64,000 nt of DNA, from assembly GCF_009914755.1 (NCBI RefSeq), contig NC_060928.1; one strand, 5' to 3'. The notes below the pieces were generated by a model, which worked only from the letters and a program-made list of their open reading frames with translations, had not been told where the DNA came from and ran no database searches. The stretch's first letter is position 1. Each line of letters starts with the position of its first letter. The position numbers and the translations under genes were made by a program. Positions 63,340-64,000 of this stretch are shown one piece after another. Source of the DNA: the human T2T-CHM13v2.0 reference genome, Homo sapiens.

Positions 63340-64000
63340 TATTGTGAAGATTGAGAAACCCTGACACAAGGACTAACACTACAAAGATCCTATTAATGTG
63401 CTATGCTTCATGTTGTAATAAGGAAGATGAAAGAACTAGGGCTAACAAATAACTTTTTCAATGGTCAATTTAACCCTATAATTTATTCTACATTTTGGCA
63501 CTCCAAGTCCATACGTATTCATTAAGCTGTCATTCTAGTCACATACTTTCATTCAAGAATCTTCTTATGCCATTCCAGTCCAATGCTGGCAGATACCTCT
63601 GAATAATTAATATTAAGTACCATTTTTAATAAAAGCCCTCAGGGTCATATGTCTACTTTGAACAAAAGTTCAAAGAGAAACTAAATAAAATACATTTTGT
63701 CAGTCACTAATCCTTCAATGTCTTCTATTTAAACCATCTAACTTTTACTCCCCAAATGAAGTTGATTCTTCACTGGCAATTTTCCTGTTCCTGTTATAGT
63801 TCTGACAGTTCTCTGAAACTTCAACTTTGATCATGAAAAGAGATGCTCCAAAATGTAAATCAGGTATCCTCACTATACTAAAAACTATACAGTGTCAAAA
63901 TAGAAATATCAGAAACCAAAGTTCTCTGATCAGACGCTTTCTATGAAATATGAAATAGCTAAACCAACTCTAAGCTGTGCCTCAAATTTATATGCTTCCA

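Overview
AT-rich, repeat-dense primate (human-like) genomic DNA. I found no intact protein-coding gene, tRNA/rRNA gene or CRISPR array. Most of the window is transposable-element debris: layered LINE-1 copies from old L1M types to a 5'-truncated L1PA3-like copy at 59.7-63.3 kb, about ten Alus, five ERV/MaLR solo LTRs plus one poly(A)-tailed LTR fragment, L2/MIR remnants and DNA-transposon fossils. The only cellular-gene-derived sequence I recognise is a 5'-truncated processed pseudogene of AKIRIN2 (33.6-34.6 kb). A degraded hAT (Blackjack-like) transposase can be pieced together across 49-54.5 kb between later insertions. The most unusual signal is a set of locally templated insertions and fold-back inversions (at about 1.8, 3.2, 4.4, 6.6, 33.3, 33.55 and 44.7 kb) that resemble templated DNA-repair scars. 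Three AluY copies also share a G>C change at the same CpG, and a fourth has C there too. Most L1 sequence and all LTRs lie on the + strand, which suggests an intron of a minus-strand gene. I do not see evidence of a new biological system. Repeat subfamily names come from recalled consensus sequences, not an alignment, and boundaries of old elements are approximate.
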